Positions 43,624 through 57,780 of a stretch of 64,000 bases of DNA are shown here, one piece after another (positions within the stretch are counted from its first letter, which is position 1; the number at the start of each line of letters is the position of its first letter). Below the pieces are notes generated by a model. The model saw nothing but the letters and a program-made list of their open reading frames with translations, did not search any database and was not told where the DNA came from. Origin of the DNA: Macrostomum lignano (taxonomy: Eukaryota); NCBI GenBank assembly GCA_002269645.1, contig NIVC01003246.1, forward strand, positions 45,215 to 109,214, given 5' to 3'. The translations under genes and the position numbers were made by a program.

Positions 43624-46600
43624 ATGTCGCGAGACAGACTGCCGGACCTGAGGCGGGCGATGGCTTTGGGGGAGGATGCTGCTCAGGTGAGAACTGCATC
43701 TGATTGACCAGTGCGACTGCTCGACAGTGGGACTGTCTGACAATGGGACTGTCTGACAATGGGACTGTCTGACAATGGGACTGTCTGATAGTGGGACTGT
43801 CTGACAATGGGACTGTCTGACAATGGGACTATCTGACAATGGGACTGTCTGATAGTGGGACTGTCTGACTATGGGACTATCTGACAATTCTGACAATGAG
43901 ACTATCTGACAATGGGACTATCTGACAATGGGACTATCTGACAATGGGACTGTCTGACAATGGGACTATCTGACAATGGGACTATCTGACAATAGGACTA
44001 TCTGACAATGGGACTATCTGACAATGGGACTATCTGACAATGGGACTATCTGACAATGGGACTATCTGACAATGGGACTATCTGACAATGGGACTATCTG
44101 ACAATGGGACTGTCTGACAATGGGACTGTCTGACAGTGGGACTGTCTGACAATGGGACTATCTGACAATGGGACTGTCTGACAATGGGACTGTCTGACAG
44201 TGGGACTGTCTGACAATGGGACTCTGCGCCTCGCAAATTCGCGCTAAGATCGTGCCAGACGAAGAAGAGCTCGGCGACGAGAACTTTTCGATGGAACCGG
44301 ACGATCAGCCGGGCAGGCGCGGAGACCCCGAGCGTTGGCAGCGGCCGCGCAACTCCGAAGGCTTCATGGACGATTTTTCGCTGACGTCGACGCTGTCCGT
44401 CGCCTGATTAACGAAATCGAAGCTAGCGTCTGCAGCGTCAGGATGAAGCACTCGCACATCCTGGCCTCGCCAAACAACGACCAGAGTGAGTTTCTGCGGA
44501 GTGAAATCACTCTCTAGACTCTTGACTGATCGGAGTGAACTCACTCTGGCACACCATGACTGATCTCAGTGAACTCACCCACCCTTGAGCAGGCAGTTTC
44601 TGCTTCAAATCTTCATTATTCAGGACCCAAATCCATTTGTTGCAGAAACAAAGGAAGAACTTGAAGTCCTGATGCAGAACATCAAGACCAACGCTAACAA
44701 AGTGCGAATGAAGCTCAAAGGTTCGTGGCTACTGTTTATTGGGATCATTATCCCCTCAGAGCTCATTGGGATCATTATCCCCCCGCCACTCATTAGGATC
44801 ATTATCCCCCCCACCAGATTTCATTGGGATCATTAACCCCCACCAGAGATCATTGGGATCATTAACCCCCACCAGAGATCATTGGGATCATTATCCCCCA
44901 CCAGAGATCATTGGGATCATTATCCCCCACCAGATTTCATTGGTGATCATTAACCCCCCCGGAGTTCATTGGGATCATTATCACATTCATAAACAGCTGA
45001 CAGTCAGGTCACATAGCAACCGACTCCCATCGAATCTCCAGCCGTTGAGCAGGGTCTTGAGCAGAGTGAGCTGTCCGACGGTGGATCCACAGCCGACGTG
45101 CGAATCCGCAAAACCCAGGTAAATTTCTGCTTTTACTGTTGCAGATTCTGACAGAAAAACAGGAAAGAAATTAATCGGCTTTCCCGCTCAGTCCAACACA
45201 AGAGCCTCTTAAAAATTTTTGCATAAATTATTTTGCTAAAATCTCCGAAATACCAGAAAGTTTTAAAGCATTATTGCTTTGCAGCACTCGACAATACTAA
45301 GAAAGTTCATAGAGACAATGAGCGAGTACAACAGGGCCCAGTTGGAGTACCGCAGCGGCTGCAAGGCTCGGATTAGACGCCAGATGGAGATCAGTAATCC
45401 GAGGCTTAGTTCGATTTGGCTAGACTCCTGTGCTGACTGGTGGCGCTGGTGAAGGCAAAATATTTTACCAGATATTAGTTGCACGCTGGGCCCCTATTGG
45501 TGCGATCGTTAGGCGGTTAATTTTAATGAATTCTTCTCTCTCTGTGCACACTTGATTGAACTCTATGGCTGCCGGTTCTTATCTCTCTGTACACACTTGA
45601 TTGGACTCAGTGGCTGCCGGTTCTTATCTCTCTGTACACACTTGATTGGACTCAGTGGCTGCCGGTTCTTATCTCTCTGTACACACTTGATTGGACTCAG
45701 TGGCTGCCGGTTCTTATCTCTCTGTACACACTTGATTGGAGTCTATGGCTGCCGGTTCTTATCTCTCTGTGCACACTTGATTGGACTCAGTGGCTGCCGG
45801 TTCTTATCTCTCTGTGCACACTTGATTGGAGTCTATGGCTGCCGGTTCTTATCTCTCTGTACACACTTGATTGGACTCTATGGCTGCCGGTTCTTATCTC
45901 TCTGTACACACTTGATTGGAGTCTATGGCTGCCGGTTCTTATCTCTCTGTACACACTTGATTGGACTCTATGGCTGCCGGTTCTTATCTCTCTGTACACA
46001 CTTGATTGGACTCTATGGCTGCCGGTTCTTATCTCTCTGTACACACTTGATCTCGCGTATCCCGCGTACCTCCCATATTTTACTCCGAAACACAATATTA
46101 TTTAGAAAGTTGTCTATTGATAAAAATAATTTTAGTAGCCTTGTGTTCACCCGAATCTCAGTCTGGCTCAATAACAGGTATAAAAACTGGCTTCTGTTTT
46201 TGGGGGAGTGCTAGATGTCTTGGGGATCCCACTGGGGCGCTGAGCTGCAGAAGAGCGTCATAAAAAGCTTGCAGCAGGCACCAGGCTGAACTGAATGCCT
46301 GCGTGCCAAACTGCTGAAGCCTCAATTTGATTGACTGCGCTATTCGATGTGGCCGCTTGTTGAGTGACGCCCCACTTCGCTTCCAGTGACTTGTCGTTGC
46401 ATTATTAATTTGCACGTCAGCCGATTGCAGAAAAATCCAATCAAAAGTGTCAGTTGAAAGTGAAATTTTAAATCATTTTCAGCAGCTGCTCAGATATCTT
46501 AGAGACCTAACTCGTTCCCCACCTCTCTCTCAGACCTCTCTCCAGGTCTCCCTCCCTCCGATTTCTGCGTCAGATCTCTCTGCATCAGATCTCTCATAAG

Positions 46601-49600
46601 ATCTCTCATCAGATCTCTCATCAGATCTCTCATCAGATCTCTCATCAAATCTCTCATCAGATCTCTCATGAGATCTCTCATCAGATCTCTCATCAAATCT
46701 CTCATCAGATCTCTCATCAGATCTCTCATCAGATCTCTCATCAGATCTCTCATCAAATCTCTCATCAGATCTCTCATGAGATCTCTCTCATCAAATCTCT
46801 CATCAGATCTCTCATCAGATCTCTCATCAGATCTCTCATCAGATCTCTCATCAGATCTCTCATGAGATCTCTCTCATCAAATCTCTCATCAAATCTCTCA
46901 TCAGATCTCTCATCAGATCTCTCATCAGATCTCTCATCAGATCTCTCATCAGATCTCTCATGAGATCTTTCATCAGCTCTCTCAGATCCTCGCAGAGGAT
47001 ACCTACTGACATGCAGAGCTTCTCTAGTGAAGCCGTCAGTCAGAGCAGCGCGGCCCGCACCCACCGCAATTCCAGCACCTGACGCTTTCCCGCAAATTTG
47101 TGGACGCCATCAGCCGCTACAACGCCTGCCAGATCGCCTTCAGGCAGGGCTGCAAGGCGAAGATTTCTCGCCATTTAGCGCTCAGTAAGAAAGCTGCTCT
47201 GCGAGCTCGTGGCTTTGAGCTTGAGAAGCATTCAGGCTTGTGCCCGCTCGAATCTTGATTGTTTGTTGCATTGCACGGTGCTTTGTTATTTTTATGCCTT
47301 GTTGTGGCTTTGGGGCAGCACATTCTGTTGTTAACAGGCGCCCGCCCAGCCATTTGTCAACAATACTGAGTGCTCGCGAACTACAGAGCTTGAAAAAAAT
47401 TTGAGAATTGACTTCTGCTGCTAGAAGAAATCTTTATGGCTATTTCCGCTGCTTGAGGACCGTTCTTCTGGTATAAAAGAAAATGTTTCCGCTCGTCTGT
47501 CTTTTTTTCTGCTTCGAACTTGCTATATCCTATATACTAAAAATGAGTTGTCTGTATGTATGTATGTATATGGGTATGCGATTGATTTCAGAAAAAACGG
47601 CTCAACCGATTTTCTTCAAACTTGCATCATTCGATCAGAAATTTTCCTGGCACAGTACATGCATCTTGGCTAAGAAATTGCTCAATGTTAAAGGGATTAA
47701 ATATTCGAAAAACACGCTTTTTTGCAAAGGTCAAGCAAAATTTTCGACTTGAAATGCATTGTAAGAATGCTAGAGAAAAAACTGACTGACTGAATTTCAA
47801 TTCTGATAAAGATTGCATCACAACAAGTTGAAAACAGTGCCGAAGAAATGCACACACGACTTGATTGAAATTGCGTAACCATATTGCTAACTCGAAGTGA
47901 GACTGATACTGGCTGACTGAGAAATTGATTATGTCATAACTTTTTACTCCAATTGACTTGCTGTAAGAATTGAATTATAAGGGCCACAATTCATGTTCTC
48001 CAATTGAAAAGAGATAGCCCTGATGCGAACAGACTGGAATGCTAATGTAGCGACCTGGGTTCGAGTCTTAGAAGCGCAAAATAATTTTTTTATTAAAACA
48101 CCTTAAAAACTAAAAAACTGCTAAACATAAAAAAAGCGCAATAGAAGAGCCACCATGTCAAACCTAAAGGAGCCACCATGTCGAACATTAAAGAACCACC
48201 ATGTCGAACATAAAAGAGCCACCATATCGAACATAAAAGAGTTACCATGTTAAAAATTAAAGAGCCACCATGTCGAACATAGAAGAGCCACCATGTCGAA
48301 CATAGAAGAGCCACCATGTCAAACATTAAAGAGCCACCATATCAAACATAAAAGAGTTACCATGTCAAACATTAAAGAGCCACATTGTCAAGCATTAAAG
48401 ACCCACCATTTCAAACCTAAAATAGTTACCATGTCAAACATTCAATAGCCACCATGTCAAACATTAAAGAGCCACCATGTCGAACATAAAAGAGCCACCA
48501 TATTAAACATAAAAGAGTTACCATGTCAAACATTAAAGAGCCACCATGTCGAACATTAAAGAGCCACCATGTCAAACATTAAAGAGCCACATTGTCAAGC
48601 ATTAAAGACCCACCATTTCAAACCTAAAAGAGCCACCATGTCAAACATTAAAGAGCCACCATGTCGAACATTAAAGAGCCACCTTGTCAAATATTAAAGA
48701 GCCACCATTTCAAACCTAAAGAAGCCACCATGTCGAACATACAAGAGCCACCATGTCGAACATAGAAAAGCCACCATGTCAAACATTAAAGAGTCACCAT
48801 GTCAAACATTAAAGAGCCACCGTTTCAAACCTAAAAGAGCCACCATGTTAAAAATTAAAGAGCCACCATGTCAAACATAAAACAGACACCATTAAGAACA
48901 TTAAAGAGCCACCATGTCAAATATAAAACAGCCACCATTTCGAAAATTAAGGAGCCACCATTTCAAAAATTTAAGAGCCGCTATGTTAAACATTAAAGGG
49001 CCACCTTGTCAAATATTAAAGAGCCACCATTTCAAACCTAAAAGAGCGACCCTGTCGAACATACAAGAGCCACCATGTCGAACATAAAAGAGCCACCATG
49101 TCGAACATACAAGAGCCACCATGTCGAACATAGAAAAGCCACCATGTCGAACATAGAAAAGCCACCATGTTAAACATTAAAGAGCCAATATTTCAAACCT
49201 AAAGGAGCCACCATGTCGAACATAAAAGAGTCACCATGTTAAAAATTAAAGAGCCACCATGTCGAACATTAAAGAGCCACCATTTCAAACATTAAAGAGC
49301 CACCATGTCAAACATTAAAGAGCCACCGGTTCAAACCTAAAAGAGCCACCATGTCGAACATTAAAGAGCCACCATGTCAAACATAAAACAGACACCATGT
49401 CAAACATTAAAGAGCCACCATGTCAAACATTAAAGAGCCACCGGTTCAAACCTAAAAGAGCCACCATGTCGAACATTAAAAAGCCACCATGTCAAACATT
49501 AAAGAGCCACATTGTCAAACATTAAAAAGCCACCATTTCAAACCTAAAAGAGCCACCATGTCAAACATTAAAGAGCCACCATGTCAAACATTAAAGAGCC

Positions 49601-52600
49601 ACCTTGTCAAATATTAAAGAGCCACCATTTCAAACCTAAAGAAGCCACCATGTCGAACATACAAGAGCCACCATGTCGAACATTAAAGAGCCACCATATC
49701 AAACATAAAAGAGTTACCATGTCAAACATTAAAGAGCCACCATGTCAAACATTAAAGAGCCACCATGTCGAACATAAAAGAGCCACCATATCAAACATAA
49801 AAGAGTTACCATGTCAAACATTAAAGAGCCACCATGTCGAACATTAAAGAGCCACCATGTCAAACATTAAAGAGCCACCTTGTCAAATATTAAAGAGCCA
49901 CCATGTCGAACATAAAAGAGCCACCATATCAAACATAAAAGAGTTACCATGTCAAACATTAAAGAGCCACATTGTCAAGCATTAAAGACCCACCATTTCA
50001 AACCTAAAATAGTTACCATGTCAAACATTCAATAGCCACCATGTCAAACATTAAAGAGCCACCATGTCGAACATAAAAGAGCCACCATATTAAACATAAA
50101 AGAGTTACCATGTCAAACATTAAAGAGCCACCATGTCGAACATTAAAGAGCCACCATGTCAAACATTAAAGAGCCACATTGTCAAGCATTAAAGACCCAC
50201 CATTTCAAACCTAAAAGAGCCACCATGTCAAACATTAAAGAGCCACCATGTCGAACATTAAAGAGCCACCTTGTCAAATATTAAAGAGCCACCATTTCAA
50301 ACCTAAAGAAGCCACCATGTCGAACATACAAGAGCCACCATGTCGAACATAGAAAAGCCACCATGTCAAACATTAAAGAGTCACCATGTCAAACATTAAA
50401 GAGCCACCGTTTCAAACCTAAAAGAGCCACCATGTTAAAAATTAAAGAGCCACCATGTCAAACATAAAACAGACACCATTAAGAACATTAAAGAGCCACC
50501 ATGTCAAATATAAAACAGCCACCATTTCGAAAATTAAGGAGCCACCATTTCAAAAATTTAAGAGCCGCTATGTTAAACATTAAAGGGCCACCTTGTCAAA
50601 TATTAAAGAGCCACCATTTCAAACCTAAAAGAGCGACCCTGTCGAACATACAAGAGCCACCATGTCGAACATAAAAGAGCCACCATGTCGAACATACAAG
50701 AGCCACCATGTCGAACATAGAAAAGCCACCATGTCGAACATAGAAAAGCCACCATGTTAAACATTAAAGAGCCAATATTTCAAACCTAAAGGAGCCACCA
50801 TGTCGAACATAAAAGAGTCACCATGTTAAAAATTAAAGAGCCACCATGTCGAACATTAAAGAGCCACCATTTCAAACATTAAAGAGCCACCATGTCAAAC
50901 ATTAAAGAGCCACCGGTTCAAACCTAAAAGAGCCACCATGTCGAACATTAAAGAGCCACCATGTCAAACATAAAACAGACACCATGTCAAACATTAAAGA
51001 GCCACCATGTCAAACATTAAAGAGCCACCGGTTCAAACCTAAAAGAGCCACCATGTCGAACATTAAAAAGCCACCATGTCAAACATTAAAGAGCCACATT
51101 GTCAAACATTAAAAAGCCACCATTTCAAACCTAAAAGAGCCACCATGTCAAACATTAAAGAGCCACCATGTCAAACATTAAAGAGCCACCTTGTCAAATA
51201 TTAAAGAGCCACCATTTCAAACCTAAAGAAGCCACCATGTCGAACATACAAGAGCCACCATGTCGAACATTAAAGAGCCACCATATCAAACATAAAAGAG
51301 TTACCATGTCAAACATTAAAGAGCCACCATGTCAAACATTAAAGAGCCACCATGTCGAACATAAAAGAGCCACCATATCAAACATAAAAGAGTTACCATG
51401 TCAAACATTAAAGAGCCACCATGTCGAACATTAAAGAGCCACCATGTCAAACATTAAAGAGCCACCTTGTCAAATATTAAAGAGCCACCATTTCAAACCT
51501 AAAAGAGCCACCATGTCGAACATTAAAGAGCCACCTTGTCAAATATTAAAGAGCCACCATTTCAAACCTAAAGAAGCCACCATGTCGAACATACAAGAGC
51601 CACCATGTCGAACATAAAAGAGCCACCATATCAAACATAAAAGAGCCACCATGTCGAACATAAAAGAGCAACCATGTCAAACATAAAACAGACACCATTA
51701 AGAACATTAAAGAGCCACCATGTCGAACATTAAAGAGCCACCATGTCAAATATAAAACAGCCACCATTTCGAAAATTTAAGAGCCGCCATGTTAAACATT
51801 AAAGGGCCACCTTGTCAAATATTAAAGAGCCACCATTTCAAACCTAAAAGAGCGACCCTGTCGAACATACAAGAGCCACAATGTCGAACATAAAAGAGCA
51901 GCTATGTAGAACATAAAAGAGCCACCATGTCAAACATAAAAAAGCCACCATGTCAAACATAAAAGAGCCAACATGAAGAACATTAAAGAGCCACCATGTC
52001 GACCATTAAAAGAGCCACCATGTCGAACATACAAGAGCCACCATGTCGAACATAGAAAAGCCACCATGTCGAACATAGAAAAGCCACCATGTTAAACATT
52101 AAAGAGCCAATATTTCAAACCTTAAGGAGCCACCATGTCGAACATAAAAGAGTCACCATGTTAAAAATTAAAGAGCCACCATGTCGAACATTAAAGAGCC
52201 ACCATGTCGAACATTAAAGAGCCACCATGTCAAACATAAAACAGACACCATGTCAAACATTAAAGAGCCACCGGTTCAAACCTAAAAGAGCCACCATGTC
52301 GAACATTAAAGAGCCACCTTGTCAAATATTAAAGAGCCACCATTTCAAACCTAAAGGAGCCACCATGTCGAACATTAAAAAGCCACCATGTCGAACATTA
52401 AAAAGCCAACATGTCAAACATAAAAGAGCCACCATGTCAAACCTAAAAAAGCCACCATGTCAAACATAGAAGAGCCACCATGTCAAACATAATAGAGCCA
52501 CCATGTCAAACATTAAAGAGCCACCATGTCAAACATAGAAGAGCCACTATGTCAAACATAAAAGAGCCACCATGTCGAACATAAAAGAGTCACCATGTTA

Positions 52601-55335
52601 AAAATTAAAGAGCCACCATGTCGAACATTAAAGAGCCACCATGTCGAACATTAAAGAGCCACCATGTCGAACATTAAAGAGCCACCATATCAAACATAAA
52701 AGAGTTACCATGTCAAACATTAAAGAGCCACCATGTCGAACATTAAAGAGCCACCATATCAAACATAAAACAGACACCATGTCAAACATTAAAGAGCCAC
52801 CATGTCGAACATTAAAGAGCCACCATGTCAAACATAAAACAGCCACCATTTCGAAAATTAAGGAGCCACCATTTCGAAAATTAAAGAGCCGCCATGTTAA
52901 CCATTAAAGGGCCACCATGTCAAACATTAAAGAGCCACCATGTCGAACATAAAAGAGCCACCATGTCGAACATTAAAGAGCCACCATGTCAAACATTAAA
53001 GAGCCACCGGTTCAAACCTAAAAGAGCCACCATGTCGAACATTAAAAAGCCACCGTGTCGAACATAAAAAAGTCAACATGTCAAACATAAAAGAGCCACC
53101 ATGTCAAACCTAAAAAAGCCACCATGTCAAACATAGAAGAGCCACCATGTCGAACATAAAAGAGCCACTATGTCAAACATAAAAGAGCCACCATGTCAAA
53201 CATTCAAGATATCCAATTTCAAATGTAAAGGTATAAAGCGCCATGCCAATTTAAAGGAGCCACTATAAAGCTAAGGAAATTGTCGCTCTAGCTACTTATT
53301 GTCTGGTGGATGGTTGCTATTTGGGGATGCTATCTATCTTGGGGATGCTTGCTATTTGGAGGATGCTTGCTTTCTGGGGATGCTTGCTATCTGGGGAATG
53401 CTTGCTATCTGGGGAATGCTTGCTATCTGGGGGATGCTTGCTATCTGGGGGATGTTTGCTATCTGGGGGATGCTTGCTATCTGGTGGATGCTTGCTATCT
53501 GAGGGATGCTTGCTATCTGAGTGATGCTTGCTATCTGGGGGATGCTTGCTATCTGGGGTATGCTTGCTATCTGAGGGATGCTTGCTATCTTGGGGTATGC
53601 TTGCTATCTGAGGGATGCTTGCTATCTTGGGGATGCTTGCTATCTGGGGGATGCTTGCTATCTGCGGAATGCTTGCTATCTGGGGAATGCTTGCTATCTG
53701 GGGGATGTTTGCTATCTGGGGGATGCTTGCTATCTGGGGGATGCTTGCTATCTGGGGGATGCTTGCTATCTGGAGGATGCTTGCTATCTTGGGGATGCTT
53801 GCTATCTGGGAAATGCTTGCTATCTGGGAGAATGCTTGCTATCTGGAGGATGCTTGCTATCTGGGGGATGCTTGTGGTCTTGGGAAGATTTCTTATTGCA
53901 ATTCACTTCATTTGAGCAGTTTGTCTGTTGTCTTTGTGAAGGATTTTTTGGCTGTCTTTTTGTTAATTGTAGAGAACAGAGATTCTATCCAGATGTCCCC
54001 CATCGGGGGGCGAAGATTGCTAGTTTGTAAACTATTATTAGAGCGCTTCTGCAAATTAAAGCAAAAAATGTTCAATATTCATTGACTCTTACTTAAAGTA
54101 GATTAAAGAACGCTTCATATTTTTCCATTTTAGCCGGTCGGCAAACAACCGATGCTGAACTGGAAGAAATGATTGAATCCGGCAACCCCGCCATCTTCAC
54201 CCAGGGAGTAAGTTGCACTTTGGCCTCTAGGATGGTTGCTGGTAAGAGAGCAGCCAGGTATACCAGCTAGGGATGTTAGCAGCTAGGGGATGTACCAGCT
54301 AGGAAATACCAGCAGTAAGTGTACTGAGAACATTTACATGTAGAACGGATGTAACATCTAGGATGGATTCCAACAAAGACGGATACCAGATTGAATTTGA
54401 CGAATCAGGGGGTTGCCAACCAGAAAGGCACCAAACAGAAAGTCACCAACAAGAAGTCACCAACTAGAAAGTCACCAACCAGAAAGTCGCCAACCAGAAA
54501 GTCGCCAACCAGAAGGTTATCAACCAGAAAGTTACTAACTAGAAAGTCGCCAACCAGAAAGTCACCAACCAGAAAGTCACCAACCAGAAAGTCACCAACC
54601 AGAAGGTTATCAACCAGAAAGTCACCAACCAGAAAGTCGCCAACCAGAAGGTTATCATGCAACCAGAAAGTCACCAACCAGAAAGTCACCAACCAGAAAG
54701 TCGCCAACCAGAAAGTCGCCAACCAGAAAGTTACTAAACAGGTTACCAACTTACCAGAATGCTTTCAACTAGGCCAACAATAAACCAGGTTATCAAATAG
54801 AAAGTTACCAACGAAGGTTACAAACCGACCATAAGACTGTTTTTTATTTTGCAGATCATGACCGACACTCAGCAGGCCAAGCAGTCCTTGGCAGACATTG
54901 AGGCCCGACACGAGGATATCATAAAACTGGAAAAGAGCATCAAAGAGCTGCACGACATGTTTCTAGACATGGCCATGCTTGTAGAGAGCCAGGTATGAGG
55001 TTTATTTGAATTTTATTCGATCTGCTTTAAAAATTCAACGACCTCTTATGGATGCCAGGGTGAAATGGTTGATCGGATCGAGAACAACGTGCAGCAGGCT
55101 GTTGACTATGTCGAGGCTGCCAAGAGAGACACTAAAAAGGCCGTCAAATATCAGAGCAAGGCTCGAAAGGTGATTGAGCTGAAAACTTCTGCATGGTGGG
55201 CATGTGCATTCACCAGTTATTATACGTGCATTTATCAACCCCCGATTGCAGAAAAAGATCATTCTACTGGTCTGCCTGTTGGTCGTGCTTATCTGCATTG
55301 TAGGCGGCATCATTGGCGGTGTGGTCCCGAAATGA
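43624..55335 (+). CDS. STX1: Syntaxin-1-like Qa-SNARE, 9 exons (one apparent frameshift ~44375)
   Basis: Exons 43624-43686, 44249-44485, 44646-44720, 45042-45118, 45285-45393, 54134-54207, 54855-54992, 55059-55169 and 55252-55335. Sequence: [109 protein letters not shown]-terminal TM. Confidence 0.95.
43720..44222. repeat. 16-bp minisatellite (GACAATGGGACTGTCT) in syntaxin intron 1
   Basis: About 31 units. Confidence 0.93.
44735..44980. repeat. ~28-bp minisatellite (ATTGGGATCATTATCCCCCCACCAGAGATC) in syntaxin intron 3
   Basis: About 8 units. Confidence 0.85.
45530..46050. repeat. 45-bp tandem repeat in syntaxin intron 5
   Basis: About 11.5 near-identical units TTCTTATCTCTCTGTACACACTTGATTGGACTCAGTGGCTGCCGG. 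Confidence 0.95.
46570..46970. repeat. 12-bp tandem repeat (AGATCTCTCATC)
   Basis: About 33 units, ending about 100 bp upstream of the alternative exon. Confidence 0.93.
47076..47184 (+). CDS. STX1: Alternative (duplicated) syntaxin exon 5b encoding the Hc helix of the Habc domain
   Basis: TTCCAG|CAC...CTCA|GTAAGA; 109 nt, same length and phases as exon 5a (45285-45393); translates [36 protein letters not shown]. Confidence 0.85.
48145..53210. repeat. ~5-kb 22/23-bp satellite (AAGAGCCACCATGTCAAACATTA) with higher-order duplication, in syntaxin intron 5
   Basis: More than 200 diverged monomers; identical 88-aa pseudo-ORFs at 49581 and 51168 show a 1587-bp period. Confidence 0.95.
53310..53870. 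repeat. 18/19-bp minisatellite (GGGATGCTTGCTATCTGG)
   Basis: About 30 units. Confidence 0.93.
54410..54730. repeat. 15-bp minisatellite (AACCAGAAAGTCACC) in syntaxin intron 6
   Basis: About 21 units. Confidence 0.9.
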
Positions 55336-57335
55336 CGGCTCTTAAAACTGACAAAGATAATTTTTAAACGAACGGTTTTATTCTTCTACCCTTACTCGGA
55401 ATTTGCATGGATATCAAAACTTTCGTATGATCTCAACCGCATGTGGAAATAAATTTACACAACACCAAAAACATTTTAGCGAACTCAACTATGAAATTAA
55501 AATGTACTTGCGTGTAAAAATACCTGTATCAAAGGTGACATTTTGACTAAAAAAATAAATTGGCAAAACAAAACAAATTATATATTTAAGGGTAAAAAAC
55601 AGGCCGCAGGTACTCGCAGTGCGATTTCAGAACGACAGAATCAAGAGAAGATAATCGACGAAGCGCTAATTATGCACATGCCTTACCTGCATGATTCCAG
55701 CAGCATCAACACCGTGACTTCTTTGGAACTGAAGCGAGTGAGCGCTAATGCACGTAATTACAAAACAAAATAAACGTTTACACTAGCTGTTTTCCTATGA
55801 TTCCTATTTTTTCAGTTAAAATACGAATTCTATGCTTTTCTGTCATGTTTTTCATCTGTCGGCTGATCTAATAGCTTAAATTTAACTTGATATCGGTGTA
55901 AACCTTAGCCTAAATTCGAGACGGCCAATTTGGCATTGTTATGTAAGCAACTACAAGTCATGGCGAAGAAGCCCTTTTTAACGACATTGCATATTTTACG
56001 AAAATAAAAACTATAAATTTCATAAGCCGCTTAATTATAAAGCTATGGTTTTGACGTTATCAGCTTTTTTAATTATAAGGATTATATGTTTTGTTTTAGC
56101 TAGTCCTGCGAAAAGGATTGAACGCAAATTTCAAATTATTTTCTGCATTTTCGATCGGACGCTTAATTAAATTTAGCGCTATTAATTAAATCTAGCTGAG
56201 CGGGTTAACCAGGACTCCATGAGTTTAGAAATGCGCGATTTCTTTGATTTGCTTTACTTATCGTTATCTGCGAGTAACTGTAAACTTTGACATACAAAAC
56301 TTACTTACTTGTACTATTTATTATATTTTGACGCTTGATATTATAATATCCTACAAAGATTAGTACTATCCTAATGGTATTGTATTATATTAACTTATAA
56401 AAAAGATAAACAACATTGGAGTCTTAATACTGATATTGTGCATAACATATTCAAACTACCAACATCTAGTAGCTACACATTGCAGCTTTTGTTTATGCCA
56501 TTAAATCACCATGAGCTGAAAATGTTGTAGTCTGCAGTTTGATATCATACAATACTTTAATACAAATAATAAAGCTGTTTTGTTTTGTAGTTATTATTAG
56601 TAACATTTATAAAGCAGTTTTATTAAAAATCTAATTCTATGCAAACAAAATGAAATGCAAGCTTCTGATAATGATATATTCTAGTAATATTAATTACAAT
56701 TATTATTTCTTTTTAAGTAACTTTTAGGTTTTTTATAACTTTTGGTTTCCTTTCTTATATTCTTGGTCTTATATTTAAAAGCTCAATGAGGGTTTAGACT
56801 TAAAATGAAATTTTTTCACAATCATTTCTATCTTTAAAAAACCTAGAAAAGTATTTTTAGGCCTTTTTGGTTGAAACTTTTTAGGAAAGTTTCTTATTTT
56901 TATTTTTCTATAAAATTATAAAACATATTGATATAATTTTAAAAATCCAATATTAGTATAGTAGTATATACCACTCTGACCATTAATTGAAATATGGCAC
57001 GAAGAACTTTTACAGCTAAAACAAGTAGACAGTAAAACAAAAACTGAAATTTATTCAATGTTTTTTTGTCAATATGACCAACAATAAAGCTATCTAGACA
57101 CTTGTGAGCCTACAGTGTATAGTTAAAAATGATTTCAATTCTGGAAGAGATTTCCTCTACAACTAAGATATGGCAAAGGTAGCTAAATGTGAAAATAGTT
57201 TAAGCTGGTTGACTGTGGTTGGTTAAGTTGAAAATGGTTAAGCATGCATTATAACTAATAGTTTGAGTTGAAATTTTTCGTAAGTACTTGTGTTTAGCCA
57301 ATTAATTTTACTGTATCATAGAAAGTAAATCTGGT

Positions 57336-57738
57336 TTGCAGAATCGCCGGCACAGCAGTATTCGCTGCCACTCTGCCAAGCGCCATGGCCACCGTCGGCA
57401 TAGAAGCCGCAGCTTCCAACGGGGCAATGGCCGCCAAGTGGTGCGCTCGCGGTCTCCTGATAGCTGCGGCATTGACGCTGCCGCATGGAACTCGCAGCGG
57501 ATCCGCTCCTACTCGCCGCTATCATCGCCGTTGCCTAGCAACCAAGTAGACTATTATGACGCTGCAAATCTGCATCGGTTTAGCCAGTTGGGAGACAATC
57601 AAAGTATGCGAGGCTGCGATGTCTTGGCGGAAAATTCATTACCTGGCGGGCACGATCGCAGCAGATATCACCCATGTACGATTTGCTTCTTTTGTGAATT
57701 TACGCCTGTCTGTCTGTCTGTCTGTCTGTCTGTCTTAG

Positions 57739-57780
<42 letters not shown>

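Noticed and set aside
45530-46050. Regular 45-bp repeats resembling a CRISPR array
   Set aside because: Contiguous tandem units without unique spacers, no cas genes, eukaryotic intron context.
48040-48075. GGGTTCGAGTC B-box-like motif
   Set aside because: Isolated; no clear A box, cloverleaf or second copy in the window.
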